A DNA stretch of 32,000 bases from Cylindrospermopsis raciborskii Cr2010 (GCF_003367075.2 NZ_CP065936.1:360001-392000); one strand, 5' to 3'. Counted from the stretch's first letter, positions 1 through 8,969 are shown. A program made the numbers and translations. The notes: generated by a model from the sequence alone, not told the origin.

Positions 1-403
1 CTACTTCTGCTTGATAATTACGACGTTGAGAATAAGAATATTTTTTACTAACTTCCCGCTCATCATCTACAATGGGCGTATTACGTTTAGCTTGTTGAGT
101 AGCAATACTCCTTAACCTAATACTTTCAACTGCAAAAAATACTGTAGAGCCAACCAACAGCAACTGGCCAAATTGCAAAATCGGGTCAAGTCGCCACCCT
201 TGAAAGATAAGAATAAACCCGCACAATAGTCCAACAGCGGCGAAAAATATATCCTGATCCCGTGAAAGTTCGGGACGCACAGTACGTAGGAAATACAGTG
301 CTGCTCCAGCTACTGCTAGAAAAATTCCCAGCACACTAGCTGAATTAGCCCCGAAATTTACCTGAGCTAGAAGACCAGTCCCATTGATCCCAAAATTTAT
401 CAT
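1..403 (-). CDS. ycf66: Ycf66 family membrane protein (partial; C-terminus runs off the window edge)
   Basis: ATG at 403-401. The frame is open down to nt 2 and is missing from the ORF track because no stop lies in the window. Manual translation gives MINFGINGTGLLAQVNFGANSASVLGIFLAVAGAALYFLRTVRPELSRDQDIFFAAVGLLCGFILIFQGWRLDPILQFGQLLLVGSTVFFAVESIRLR..., which matches the conserved Ycf66 core (RPELSRDQDIFF, FQGWRLDPILQFGQ). Confidence 0.8.
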   Translation of the reverse strand, partial: MINFGINGTGLLAQVNFGANSASVLGIFLAVAGAALYFLRTVRPELSRDQDIFFAAVGLLCGFILIFQGWRLDPILQFGQLLLVGSTVFFAVESIRLRSIATQQAKRNTPIVDDEREVSKKYSYSQRRNYQAEV

Positions 404-424
404 TGCTCTTTTCCTTGTGATATC

Positions 425-452
425 AATGACTGATGAGGGTTCATCAGTCATT
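425..452 (-). terminator. Perfect 12-bp stem / 4-nt loop hairpin downstream of psbX (putative terminator or RNA-stabilising element)
   Basis: AATGACTGATGA-GGGT-TCATCAGTCATT lies 20 nt after the psbX stop and 21 nt before the ycf66 start. There is no clear U-tract after the stem, so intrinsic-terminator status is uncertain. Confidence 0.4.
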
Positions 453-472
453 AGTTAACCTGTCTACATTGT

Positions 473-592
473 CTAATTGCGTTGGACCTTATCTTTTTGG
501 CTGATAAAAATCAAACCTACGGTAGCAGGGATAACTACAATAGCAGTACCCCAAAGTAGACTCCAAAGGAAATTTGCTAAAGAGGGTGTCAT
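473..592 (-). CDS. psbX: Photosystem II reaction centre protein X (39 aa)
   Basis: Small ORF below the track cutoff. Manual translation gives MTPSLANFLWSLLWGTAIVVIPATVGLIFISQKDKVQRN*, which is the PsbX signature (MTPSLANFLWSL...IFISQKD), a single TM helix. ATG at 592-590, TAG at 475-473. Confidence 0.9.
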   Translation of the reverse strand: MTPSLANFLWSLLWGTAIVVIPATVGLIFISQKDKVQRN

Positions 593-681
593 AATTCTTA
601 ACCTGATTTTTTTACACAATTCATCCTGATTTTAGCAAAGAATGAACTCAATTGTGGTACTATTGGATTTAACTAATAGTC

Positions 682-990
682 ATGACTAGTGTTATGAGTG
701 GTGTTGACCTGATCTCCTGGACTGTTGGACCCCTTCTGGGTGTCATGACCTTTTTATTTATTTTCCGGATCATTTTGACTTGGTATCCCCAGGTGAGTCT
801 TAAACAGTTACCGTTTAGTCTAATTGCCTGGCCAACCGAACCTTTTTTGATCCTACTCAGAAGAATTGTACCACCTCTTGGTGGTGTGGATATCACTCCC
901 ATTATTTGGGTAGGTATCTTCAGCTTGGTAAGGGAGTTTTTACTAGGTCAGCAAGGATTACTGACCATGGCGGCACGATTAAATGGGTAG
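682..990 (+). CDS. YggT family membrane protein (Ycf19-like)
   Basis: 102-aa ORF with two hydrophobic segments and the YggT-type motifs RIILTWYP and PTEPFL..LRRIVPPLGGVDITPI. Confidence 0.8.
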   Translation: MTSVMSGVDLISWTVGPLLGVMTFLFIFRIILTWYPQVSLKQLPFSLIAWPTEPFLILLRRIVPPLGGVDITPIIWVGIFSLVREFLLGQQGLLTMAARLNG

Positions 991-1006
991 TTACTATCAA
1001 CAACAA

Positions 1007-2353
1007 CTAGGGAAGTTTCATATCCTGTATGAAACTGGTGTAAACCTGACCTTGTAAAAACTGTGGATGTTCCATAATCCTTTGATGAAATCCAATGGTT
1101 GTAGGTAATCCGGTAATTGCACATTCCCTTAGGGCCCGTTTCATACGATTAATAGCTGTATGGCGATCAGGTCCCCAGACGATTAATTTACCAATCAGGG
1201 AATCGTAGTAGGGAGGGATTTGGTAATCTGTGTAAACATGAGAATCAATTCTTACCCCTGGTCCTCCTGGTGGTAAGTAACCACTGATTTTACCAGGTGA
1301 TGGACGAAAGTCATGATCTGGGTCTTCAGCATTGATGCGACATTCGATAGCATGGCCTTGGAGGGTGACCTTATCCTGGTCAAATTTGAGTCTTTCACCT
1401 TGAGCAATACGAATTTGCTCCACCAGAAGATCCACACCGGTGACCATTTCAGTCACTGGGTGTTCTACTTGAATCCGGGTGTTCATTTCCATAAAGTAGA
1501 AATGATCTGACTTATCTAAGAGAAATTCAATGGTTCCAGCACCTGTGTAGTTGATAAACTGTGCTGCTTTTACAGCTGCATGTCCCATTTTTTCACGTAG
1601 ATCTTCATCTAGAGCAGGACTAGGAGCTTCTTCTAATAACTTTTGGTTACGACGCTGAATAGAACAGTCCCTTTCTCCTAAATGGATGACATTACCATAG
1701 TTATCCGCCAGGATTTGAAATTCGATGTGTCGGGGACGTTCGATAAATTTTTCTATATAGACACCAGCATTACCAAAAGCGGCGCCAGCTTCTCCTTGAG
1801 CTGCATGGAACAGCTTAATAAACTCATCTTCACTACGCACAAGACGCATACCCCTTCCACCACCTCCAGCAGTGGCCTTGATCATCACAGGGTAACCTAT
1901 CTGGTGAGCGATCGCCAGTCCTTGGGTTTCAGTTTCCACCAGTCCATCACTACCGGGAACTGTGGGAACTCCAGCCTTTTGCATGGTTTCCTTGGCTGTG
2001 GATTTATCCCCCATTAAGCGAATTGCTTCTGGTGTAGGGCCAATAAATGCAATTTGGTGGTCTGCACAAATCTCCGCGAATCTGGCATTTTCTGCGAGAA
2101 AACCATAACCTGGGTGAATAGCAGTTGCACCCCTGGTTAAGGCTGCTGCAATAATGTTGGGAATATTTAAGTAACTTTTAGCACTAGCTGGTTCACCAAT
2201 ACAAACCGCTTCATCAGCCAATTGAACGTGTAGAGCATTACGGTCAACGGTAGAGTGAATAGCAACTGTGGAAATTCCCATTTCTTCACAGGCCCGGAGA
2301 ATACGAAGGGCTATTTCCCCCCGATTGGCAATTAAAATCTTGTCAAACTTCAT
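1007..2353 (-). CDS. accC: Acetyl-CoA carboxylase biotin carboxylase subunit
   Basis: 448 aa. N-terminus [30 protein letters not shown]-grasp glycine loop [12 protein letters not shown], and [15 protein letters not shown]. Collinear with AccC throughout. Confidence 0.97.
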   Translation of the reverse strand: MKFDKILIANRGEIALRILRACEEMGISTVAIHSTVDRNALHVQLADEAVCIGEPASAKSYLNIPNIIAAALTRGATAIHPGYGFLAENARFAEICADHQIAFIGPTPEAIRLMGDKSTAKETMQKAGVPTVPGSDGLVETETQGLAIAHQIGYPVMIKATAGGGGRGMRLVRSEDEFIKLFHAAQGEAGAAFGNAGVYIEKFIERPRHIEFQILADNYGNVIHLGERDCSIQRRNQKLLEEAPSPALDEDLREKMGHAAVKAAQFINYTGAGTIEFLLDKSDHFYFMEMNTRIQVEHPVTEMVTGVDLLVEQIRIAQGERLKFDQDKVTLQGHAIECRINAEDPDHDFRPSPGKISGYLPPGGPGVRIDSHVYTDYQIPPYYDSLIGKLIVWGPDRHTAINRMKRALRECAITGLPTTIGFHQRIMEHPQFLQGQVYTSFIQDMKLP

Positions 2354-2517
2354 TTTTTAGTTACCATATTACTACCAGTGGATTCACATTTTCTCCCATC
2401 TGCTTGAATTGACGCTGTTATATTATATTAATTCCCATGATTTTTATGATCACGGGGAAGAAGAAAATCCCAGAAAATCTTTGCCAGAACTTGTTTACAA
2501 AACTTTTCAAAAAACAT

Positions 2518-2546
2518 TTGCCATTGTCAATTTACTATGCTATAGT
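2518..2546 (+). promoter_or_regulatory. Candidate sigma70-type promoter for tRNA-Leu
   Basis: TTGCCA (2518-2523), 17-nt spacer, TATAGT (2541-2546). The -10 element ends 18 nt before the mature tRNA 5' end. This is a motif match only. Confidence 0.3.
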
Positions 2547-2564
2547 TTGTTTCTAGGCAATCGT

Positions 2565-2645
2565 GCGGATGTGGCGGAATTGGTATACGCGCACGCTTGA
2601 GGTGCGTGTGGCATTGCCTTGCGAGTTCGAGTCTCGCCATCCGCA
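2565..2645 (+). tRNA. tRNA-Leu (anticodon GAG)
   Basis: Cloverleaf read by eye. Acceptor stem GCGGATG/CATCCGC. Anticodon stem CACGC/GCGTG with loop TTGAGGT (anticodon GAG). Long variable arm (class II). T-arm GCGAG-TTCGAGT-CTCGC. Discriminator A. No CCA is encoded. Confidence 0.9.
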
Positions 2646-2655
2646 TAATGCCCTG

Positions 2656-3285
2656 TTAAAGTTGATTGATTCGAGAAAATAAAAGAGCCACCTTGTCTAG
2701 ATCTTTGTCCCCAGGCGATCGCTCTACTCCACTAGAGAGGTCAATACCATCTGGGTGGATTTGAGTAAGGGCGGTAAGAACATTATCTGGAGTCAATCCT
2801 CCCGCCAAAAACCAGGGAAGGGCGGGGCGGAAGGATTGTAGGACTTGCCAATCCAAAGTTTTGCCTGTTCCTCCCAACTGTTGGGGATGATAAGCATCCA
2901 ATAGAAATGTGTCCACACCACTGGTGTAGTTGAGGGTGGTTTCTAGCTGTTCCCAGCTCCTTACCCTAAAGGCTTTAATTAGTTCTATGTTAGGCAGGAC
3001 TTGACGTAGTTCCTCACAGAACAGTGGTGTTTCGTCCCCATGTAATTGTACACCGGTTAAACTTGATGAACTGACCACTTTGGTAATTTCAAAAATGGTA
3101 CTGTTTGCGAACACACCAATTTTATCAATATGGTCAGGTATATGGGAAGTAGCTAGGTTAATCTGTTCTATACTGACATAGCGGGGTGAACTAGGTACAC
3201 AAATAAAACCTAAAGCAGTTGCACCCAGTTGGGTAATTGCCAAAGATTGTTGTGGTTGAGTGATACCGCAAATTTTAATTCGCAT
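2656..3285 (-). CDS. trpF: Phosphoribosylanthranilate isomerase
   Basis: 209 aa. Begins MRIKICGIT, then [16 protein letters not shown] and DLSSGVE, the typical PRAI TIM-barrel motifs. It starts 12 nt after the hemN stop. Confidence 0.9.
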   Translation of the reverse strand: MRIKICGITQPQQSLAITQLGATALGFICVPSSPRYVSIEQINLATSHIPDHIDKIGVFANSTIFEITKVVSSSSLTGVQLHGDETPLFCEELRQVLPNIELIKAFRVRSWEQLETTLNYTSGVDTFLLDAYHPQQLGGTGKTLDWQVLQSFRPALPWFLAGGLTPDNVLTALTQIHPDGIDLSSGVERSPGDKDLDKVALLFSRINQL

Positions 3286-3297
3286 TGAAATAGTAAA

Positions 3298-4680
3298 TTA
3301 TATAGTGCGGGAGAATTTAGACTCCTTCATTTTACTATAAGCGTCAAAGTGACAAGCAATATTTCTCACTAACAATCTACCAATATCCGTGACTTGTATT
3401 TCATCAGCGAATAAATTTACCAGTCCATCCCTTTCTAGACGTCCTAATTCTAGGAGTTCCTCATGGAAATACTGATCAAAATTGATGTGATATTTAGCTT
3501 CAATCTCCAACTTGCGTAGACAGAAATGAGACATAATAGACATAATTACATCCCGTCTGATCATATCATCTGGAGTTAATTGAATTCCCTTACTGATGGG
3601 AACTGCGCCCATTTCCACAGATTGATAGTAATGCTTCAAATCCTTATAGTTTTGAGAATATGCATTATCTAGCATACTGATAGCAGTGATGCCAAAACCA
3701 AACAGTTCAGTTTCTGCATGGGTGGTATAACCTTGGAAGTTTCGTTTTAAAGTACCATTAACCTGAGCGATCGCCAATTCATCATTATGCTTAGCAAAAT
3801 GGTCCATACCAATAAACAGATATTGGTGACTAGTCAACTGCTCAATAGTCATTTTCATGATGTCTAGTTTTTCTTGAGCGGTGGGTAGAGTAGTAGGGTC
3901 AATTTTTTTTTGCACTGGTTTCATCCAGGGGACATAGGCAAAATTAAAGACAACAATTCTGTCTGGGTCAAGAGCAATGGTTTTGGTGAGGGTTTCTTGG
4001 AAACCTTGTAAATTTTGGTAAGGTAAACCATAAATTAAATCCACATTCACACTAGAAAAATTGGCTTGTTTAATCCAGTCCATAGCATCAAACAGCATTT
4101 TTTCTGGTTGAATTCGGTTAACTGCTAGTTGTACTTGGGGGTCAAAGTCTTGGATACCAAAGCTAATGCGATTAAAGCCAATACTTCGCAGAGAGTTAAT
4201 ATAGTCTCTATTGATATAACGGGGGTTAATTTCAATAGAAACTTCCGCATTTGCATCAACAGAGAAATAGCGATTAATAGTTTCCCATAGAAATTCGACT
4301 TGACGTATTTCCAGATAATTGGGAGTACCTCCACCCCAGTGAATTTGAAGAACAGGGCGACTTGTATCAATAAGACGAGAAGTGTTTTTTATTTCCTGAG
4401 CTAAATTATTCACATAAGGTTCAGCAATCTTCTTGTTATGAGAGATGACCGTATTACAACCGCAAAAATAGCAAGGAGTTTGACAGAAAGGAATGTGGAA
4501 ATATAAAGACAGGGGGGTATGACGGTGATTAGAATGAGAAATAGCCATTTCCCAGTCTTGAGTTGTAAATGTTTCAGATAATTCTGTAGCGGGTGGATAA
4601 CTAGTGTATCTAGGAGCGCGAGTGTCATATTTTTGAATCAAGTCCAAATCAAATTTGACACCTGGTAAAACGAAAACCAT
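3298..4680 (-). CDS. hemN: Oxygen-independent coproporphyrinogen III oxidase (radical SAM)
   Basis: 460 aa. Contains YTSYPP, the radical-SAM cluster motif CQTPCYFCGC (CxxxCxxC), and GGGTPNYL. Length and order of motifs match HemN. Confidence 0.9.
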   Translation of the reverse strand: MVFVLPGVKFDLDLIQKYDTRAPRYTSYPPATELSETFTTQDWEMAISHSNHRHTPLSLYFHIPFCQTPCYFCGCNTVISHNKKIAEPYVNNLAQEIKNTSRLIDTSRPVLQIHWGGGTPNYLEIRQVEFLWETINRYFSVDANAEVSIEINPRYINRDYINSLRSIGFNRISFGIQDFDPQVQLAVNRIQPEKMLFDAMDWIKQANFSSVNVDLIYGLPYQNLQGFQETLTKTIALDPDRIVVFNFAYVPWMKPVQKKIDPTTLPTAQEKLDIMKMTIEQLTSHQYLFIGMDHFAKHNDELAIAQVNGTLKRNFQGYTTHAETELFGFGITAISMLDNAYSQNYKDLKHYYQSVEMGAVPISKGIQLTPDDMIRRDVIMSIMSHFCLRKLEIEAKYHINFDQYFHEELLELGRLERDGLVNLFADEIQVTDIGRLLVRNIACHFDAYSKMKESKFSRTI

Positions 4681-4738
4681 AAAAACCTCTGAATTATTCT
4701 TGCGTGGGAGAAGGATTTACGCATAAGTTAAGGGTTGC

Positions 4739-4834
4739 TAATTGGGTGAGTGGAATTAAACATGAACTTAGGTTGGGTTGAGGAACGAAACCCAACGCCA
4801 ACCCATCCTACAAATAATTGTGCCTCCCTACTTA
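4739..4834. mobile_element. MITE-like dispersed element, full-length copy with hairpin core
   Basis: It shares GAGTGGAATTAAA...AGGTTGGGTTGA..GAAACCCAAC...CAAATAATTGTGCCTCCCTACTTA with 27951-29090 and 30232-30308. The ends are imperfect inverted repeats (TAA(T/G)TGGGTGAGTGGAATTA versus the reverse complement TAAGTAGGGAGGCACAATTA). The 8-bp stem is GTTGGGTT/AACCCAAC. The element ends 2 nt from the heme oxygenase stop codon. Confidence 0.55.
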
Positions 4835-4836
4835 GA

Positions 4837-5592
4837 TCAAACTAGCTGATTATAGTTAGCTTGACCCAACTTGGTCATTAATATAGGTTCCAACTCTTTC
4901 ACTATCTCCATATTGAGATAGAAAGCATAATTAGCTTCAGCGACAATTTGATCAGCAGTTGTCTCATCCACCGGTACAAGATCTAATGCTTGGCGATACT
5001 GGTTTTTAAAAACCTGTTTATCGGGAATTTGCTCGAAATTATAAAACTCAGTTCCCTCATAACCAGAGAGTTGTAAAGCTGACTGAGCAATTTTCTGCAA
5101 CATTTGTCCACCGGAAAGATCACCCATATAACGGGTATAGGCATGACCTAATAGTAGAGCAGGTTGATGGGTAGAAAGTTGTTGCAGACGAGCAACATAT
5201 TTTTGAGTAGCTAAGGATGGTTTTAGGTAACTAGGCCAGAGATCACCATAATAAAATAACATATCTTTTTCTAAGGATGGAAGACGATTTAGTTGGGGAA
5301 AATACATTACCTTAATTACAGGATGTTGTTGATGTTTAGCAATTGCAGCTTCTAGTTCACCGTAGACAAAATACAGATTGCCCAAAAATTTTCCCAAACA
5401 TTCTTTGTCTACAATCCCCTTGACGAAACACTTCATAAAACCCACGTTTTCTGCATCCGTATGAGCTTTTTGAGTACCGGAGCGAAGTTTTACCGCTAAG
5501 TTATTGCCCATTAGTTTTTCCCTCCAATTTTTGTGCACTAAGAGAGATGAATGGTCTTGCTTGGTTGGAAGCACATCTTTAATAGTCATCAT
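4837..5592 (-). CDS. Heme oxygenase (HO2-like by context)
   Basis: 251 aa. LAVKLRSGTQKAHTDAENVGFMKCFVKGIVDKE...LGNLYFVYGELE is the heme oxygenase proximal-helix region (His in QKAH). Its position immediately upstream of hemN on the same strand resembles the micro-oxic ho2-hemN arrangement of Synechocystis. Confidence 0.9.
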   Translation of the reverse strand: MMTIKDVLPTKQDHSSLLVHKNWREKLMGNNLAVKLRSGTQKAHTDAENVGFMKCFVKGIVDKECLGKFLGNLYFVYGELEAAIAKHQQHPVIKVMYFPQLNRLPSLEKDMLFYYGDLWPSYLKPSLATQKYVARLQQLSTHQPALLLGHAYTRYMGDLSGGQMLQKIAQSALQLSGYEGTEFYNFEQIPDKQVFKNQYRQALDLVPVDETTADQIVAEANYAFYLNMEIVKELEPILMTKLGQANYNQLV

Positions 5593-5685
5593 AAAATATT
5601 TAACTATGAAACTTCTTGATTAGTTTAAAGATATTCATATTTCTTTAGAGTTTATTCCATAGCATTTCCTCATTTTGTAGTTTAA

Positions 5686-6255
5686 CTACAGTCGCTCCAT
5701 CACCTTAGCAGCACAGGGAGAACAAATAGTCCAGCGTTCCAGTTCCCCTGGTGGGGATGGACACTGACATTGGGGACACAAAGGTAAATGACTATCCTGG
5801 ACTTGTTTAGTCCTGAACCAGTTTTCAAAAACCATTTTAACTGAAACCACTGGTTGAGCAATTTGACTAGTATAATTAATATTATTGCTCTGTGCTAAAT
5901 AGCTGGGATGTTCTTGTCCACAGACAGTTTCTTGTGTTTGGTTTTGTGCTATTTCATTCCATTGTGCAGTTGAGAATCGAATATCTGTTAAAGCAGGAAT
6001 TTGCAATTGGCTTAACCGCTGATTTAACTTCAATAGGATGGCATAGCGTCCAAAAGTTAAATTTTGTGACCAAGCAGCACTGGAAGTTGCTACCCACAAA
6101 ACATGACGCCGTATGGACAGGGGACGAGTTTCCCGAGAGACTTTCACACCAACAACCTCCGGCCAAAAATTAAGTAACTTGAGCAAAGGTTCTTCTTGAC
6201 ACCTGGACTCTATTTGGAGAATCCCTAGAATTTGATTAACGGATTTTAACGACAT
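5686..6255 (-). CDS. DUF721 / DciA-like protein with C-terminal Cys4 zinc-ribbon
   Basis: 189 aa. The pattern W.EVVG..VSRETRPLSIRRHVLWVATSSAAWSQNLTF....ILLKLN resembles DUF721. The C-terminal CPQCQC...CSPC forms four Cys pairs. Confidence 0.55.
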   Translation of the reverse strand: MSLKSVNQILGILQIESRCQEEPLLKLLNFWPEVVGVKVSRETRPLSIRRHVLWVATSSAAWSQNLTFGRYAILLKLNQRLSQLQIPALTDIRFSTAQWNEIAQNQTQETVCGQEHPSYLAQSNNINYTSQIAQPVVSVKMVFENWFRTKQVQDSHLPLCPQCQCPSPPGELERWTICSPCAAKVMERL

Positions 6256-6380
6256 CTAGAATTAAAGATCTTGCTTTATGATTTTTGACGATTTTTTTGC
6301 CCGTTTTACTGATACAGTTGACTATACGGTACAAATCCCAGTGTAAATTTCATAATCTAAATTTCAAGGTGTGGTGTCGA

Positions 6381-7577
6381 ATGAGTCAGAATACCAGAAT
6401 CAATTCTCATAACCCATTCCCCAAGACTTCCAGGCTTAATCCCATCCTGGCCACAGCACTCAAAAACTTGGAGGTGCGACTAGATGAGGAATTGGTTAGA
6501 TACAGACGCACCCGTTATAGTGCTCGACCGGTTGATGATAAATATATCACCTCCAATAGTGTAGAGTTAAAAGTCCCATCCGGGGAAGAGGGTGATCCTT
6601 TATCAAATCGTTTTTCCCCAGACTCCACCCTAGTTTATTCTCAAGGTGGGAGTTATACGGACACAACCACAAGCTTTCCACCAGAACAAGAAATTTTCGA
6701 TTCCCCATCTTTGGAGGAAGAATCAGCCTTCCAAGCTCCACCAAAAAAGTTAAACAAAAAGAATTTCAATAAAAACAATAAAAAGAAGTCTAATCGCACT
6801 AAGGGTGGGTTGCTCTCACCCTTGGGTGTTTTTTCTATTTTTCTCATGCTCTTGACCAGCTTAGGTTTCGGTTATGTGCTATTTAATTTACGTAGTCTTT
6901 CTAAATTGAGTTTAAGTAAGTTTAACCCATTTAACACTAATCCAGAGATTTCCAGCTCTAACACCTCTGAGAATACAAACAGTCCTGCAGTGAACAATCA
7001 GTCTTCAATTGGTTCACAATCACTTACTTCTGTTCCTCAACTTCCTAGGGTGTCCCAGAGAAAAAGTGCAAACAATGGTCAATTACCATCCCCGAGCCAA
7101 CCTGATTCCCCAGTCAACCAGGTTTCTGGCGTGAAAACCCCTCCAAAATCCACTAATCTTCCTGTTTCTCTCCAATCTAGGTCTATTAGAAATTCTACCC
7201 GCCAAAATACATCCTCTCGATCTGGCTTAGGAGTTTCATCTAGTAATCCATCCACCCCCCGATCCAATACCCAATTTGCTAGTATTGGTGAGGGAAGAAT
7301 TAAACGACGAATCAAACAGGAAGTCCCCAGGCAAAACTTACAGCTAGGAGAGGGTTCTAATGCAGCAGCACAAGCGGTCAATAATCCCTATTATTATCTG
7401 ATAACCGATAATGAGAGTGATACTATCTTGAGTGCAGCTAAGGAGGTTGTCCCCGATGCTTATTTGTCACCTAATCAAAAGTACATCTATCTGGGCGCAT
7501 TCCTAACTCCAGAGGAAGCAAAACAAAGGTTACAGCAACTAGAGGCTAGGGGAATTAAGGCTCGCTTACGAAATTAA
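6381..7577 (+). CDS. Hypothetical single-pass membrane protein with a long Ser/Pro/Asn-rich region
   Basis: The ATG at 6381 (MSQNTRINS...) is preferred over the TTG at 6285. It has a basic stretch (KKLNKKNFNKNNKKKSNRTK) followed by a TM helix (LLSPLGVFSIFLMLLTSLGFGYVLF). About 150 aa of low-complexity S/P/N/Q sequence follow, then a structured C-terminal ~60 aa (YYYLITDNESD...YIYLGAFLTPEEAKQRLQQLEARGIKARL). Confidence 0.6.
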   Translation: MSQNTRINSHNPFPKTSRLNPILATALKNLEVRLDEELVRYRRTRYSARPVDDKYITSNSVELKVPSGEEGDPLSNRFSPDSTLVYSQGGSYTDTTTSFPPEQEIFDSPSLEEESAFQAPPKKLNKKNFNKNNKKKSNRTKGGLLSPLGVFSIFLMLLTSLGFGYVLFNLRSLSKLSLSKFNPFNTNPEISSSNTSENTNSPAVNNQSSIGSQSLTSVPQLPRVSQRKSANNGQLPSPSQPDSPVNQVSGVKTPPKSTNLPVSLQSRSIRNSTRQNTSSRSGLGVSSSNPSTPRSNTQFASIGEGRIKRRIKQEVPRQNLQLGEGSNAAAQAVNNPYYYLITDNESDTILSAAKEVVPDAYLSPNQKYIYLGAFLTPEEAKQRLQQLEARGIKARLRN

Positions 7578-7627
7578 TCTTTTCTCCCTTACTGGAGTTA
7601 CGTTGATATTCGTTTTTACACAAGCTC

Positions 7628-7656
7628 TTGACCTCAATAAAGCAGCTTTGTAAACT
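7628..7656 (+). promoter_or_regulatory. Candidate sigma70-type promoter upstream of vipp1
   Basis: TTGACC (7628-7633), 17-nt spacer, TAAACT (7651-7656), about 54 nt upstream of the vipp1 ATG. Motif match only. Confidence 0.25.
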
Positions 7657-7709
7657 TGTTGATCAAGCTATTGTCTTCCAAATAAAAAACACACAAGCAG
7701 GAAAAAATT

Positions 7710-8498
7710 ATGGGATTATTTGATAGGTTAAAAAGAGTAGTTAGTGCCAATCTGAATGATTTAGTCAATAAAGCGGAAGATCCAGAAAAAATGCTGGAAC
7801 AGGCCGTCTTGGAAATGCAGGAAGACCTGGTGGAACTTCGTCAAGGGGTGGCACAAGCTATTGCTGCCCAAAAACGCACGGAAAAGCAATATAATGATGC
7901 TGTTAGTGAAGTGAATAAGTGGCAGCGCAATGCCCAGTTGGCTGTACAAAAAGGAGATGAGAACCTGGCACGTCAGGCTTTAGAAAGGAAGAAAAGTGCT
8001 AATGAAACCTCTATAGCTCTCAAAACTAGTTTAGACCAGCAGACTAATCAGGTAGACACTCTTAAAAAAAACCTGATCCAATTGGAAAGCAAAATTGCTG
8101 AGTACAAAAACAAAAAGGACATGCTCAGGGCGCGGATTACTGCCGCTAAAGCTCAAGAACAGATTGGCTCGATGGTTACTAATATGAATAGTAATAGTGC
8201 TATGGCTGCTTTTGAGCGAATGGAAGAGAAAGTTCTCATGCAAGAGGCTCGTGCCCAGTCTACAGCAGAATTAGTGGGTGCGGATTTAGATAGTCAATTT
8301 GCTCGTCTGGAAGGTAGTAGTGATATTGATGATGAATTGGCAGCTTTGAAAGCCAGTATACTATCACCAGCTCCTACACCTAAAGGAGAATTACCTCCTG
8401 CTGAATCTAGCAGTAGTTCCCAAAAGGATCAAAGCAAATCCGCTGAACCCGTAGATGCTGAATTGGAAGAGCTGAGAAAACAACTGGATAAATTATAA
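7710..8498 (+). CDS. vipp1: Vesicle-inducing protein in plastids 1 / IM30 (PspA family)
   Basis: 262 aa. It begins MGLFDRLKRVVSANLNDLVNKAEDPEKMLEQAVLEMQEDL (PspA/IM30 helix 1). A Pro/Ser-rich linker and an extra C-terminal helix (VDAELEELRKQLDKL) distinguish Vipp1 from PspA. Confidence 0.9.
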   Translation: MGLFDRLKRVVSANLNDLVNKAEDPEKMLEQAVLEMQEDLVELRQGVAQAIAAQKRTEKQYNDAVSEVNKWQRNAQLAVQKGDENLARQALERKKSANETSIALKTSLDQQTNQVDTLKKNLIQLESKIAEYKNKKDMLRARITAAKAQEQIGSMVTNMNSNSAMAAFERMEEKVLMQEARAQSTAELVGADLDSQFARLEGSSDIDDELAALKASILSPAPTPKGELPPAESSSSSQKDQSKSAEPVDAELEELRKQLDKL

Positions 8499-8541
8499 TT
8501 GACATAATTGACTTTCCCCATCTGACTTTTCGGGTAGTAAT

Positions 8542-8564
8542 GACCAGTTTAGAGTAAACTGGTC
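8542..8564 (+). terminator. 9-bp stem hairpin between vipp1 and thioredoxin
   Basis: GACCAGTTT-AGAGT-AAACTGGTC lies 44 nt after the vipp1 stop. No U-tract follows, so it could equally be a processing or stability element. Confidence 0.3.
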
Positions 8565-8589
8565 CGTAGGTTAACTTGTAAATAATGGC

Positions 8590-8934
8590 ATGGAGAACTT
8601 TATGAGTAAGGGTGTAATAACTATCACTGATGCTGAATTTGCATCGGAGGTTCTAGCTGCTGATCAGCCAGTATTAGTCTACTTTTGGGCTCCCTGGTGT
8701 GGTCCTTGTAAATTGATGACTGGATTGATGAATCTAGCTGCGGAAAAATATAGCGATCGCCTGAAAATTGTCAAGATGGAGGTGGATCCAAATCCGGATA
8801 GCGTCAAAACCTATCAGGTAGAAGGTGTACCTGCATTGAGACTGATTGCATCTAAAAAATTAAAAGCTTCTACGGAGGGGGTGATCGGGAAGGAAAAACT
8901 TCTTGGTTGGTTGAATAAGAATTTAGATAATTAA
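8590..8934 (+). CDS. trxA: Thioredoxin
   Basis: The active site WAPWCGPCK sits in a thioredoxin-length protein (VLVYFWAPWCGPCKLM...VPAL). An alternative ATG at 8602 (MSKGVITITD) is equally plausible. Confidence 0.9.
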   Translation: MENFMSKGVITITDAEFASEVLAADQPVLVYFWAPWCGPCKLMTGLMNLAAEKYSDRLKIVKMEVDPNPDSVKTYQVEGVPALRLIASKKLKASTEGVIGKEKLLGWLNKNLDN

Positions 8935-8969
8935 CCGCTCCGTTGTTTTTTGTTAGTTCGGTTATTGCC

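Noticed and set aside
1252-2017. ORFs antisense to or nested within accC (1252-1437, 1313-1510, 1682-2017), and similar shadow ORFs inside hemN, the DUF721 gene, vipp1, the DLP/Hsp70 genes, the pentapeptide gene and both kinases
   Set aside because: They are short and compositionally odd, with no motifs. Each is fully contained in a long ORF with strong family signatures.
4739-4834. Mini-ORF inside the element (GGGAGG followed by ATGGGTTGGCGTTGGGTTTCGTTCCTCAACCCAACCTAA, 12 codons, minus strand)
   Set aside because: The SD-like GGGAGG is about 17 nt or more from the ATG. The reading frame is also not preserved in the array or in the 30232 copy. It is most likely coincidental.
6285-6380. N-terminal extensions from non-ATG starts in the ORF track (6285, 8943, 13146, 27913) or upstream ATGs (22671, 23132)
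   Set aside because: In each case an internal ATG gives a more plausible N-terminus, such as a signal peptide or a conserved family start, and avoids overlap with the neighbouring gene. The exact starts remain unverified.
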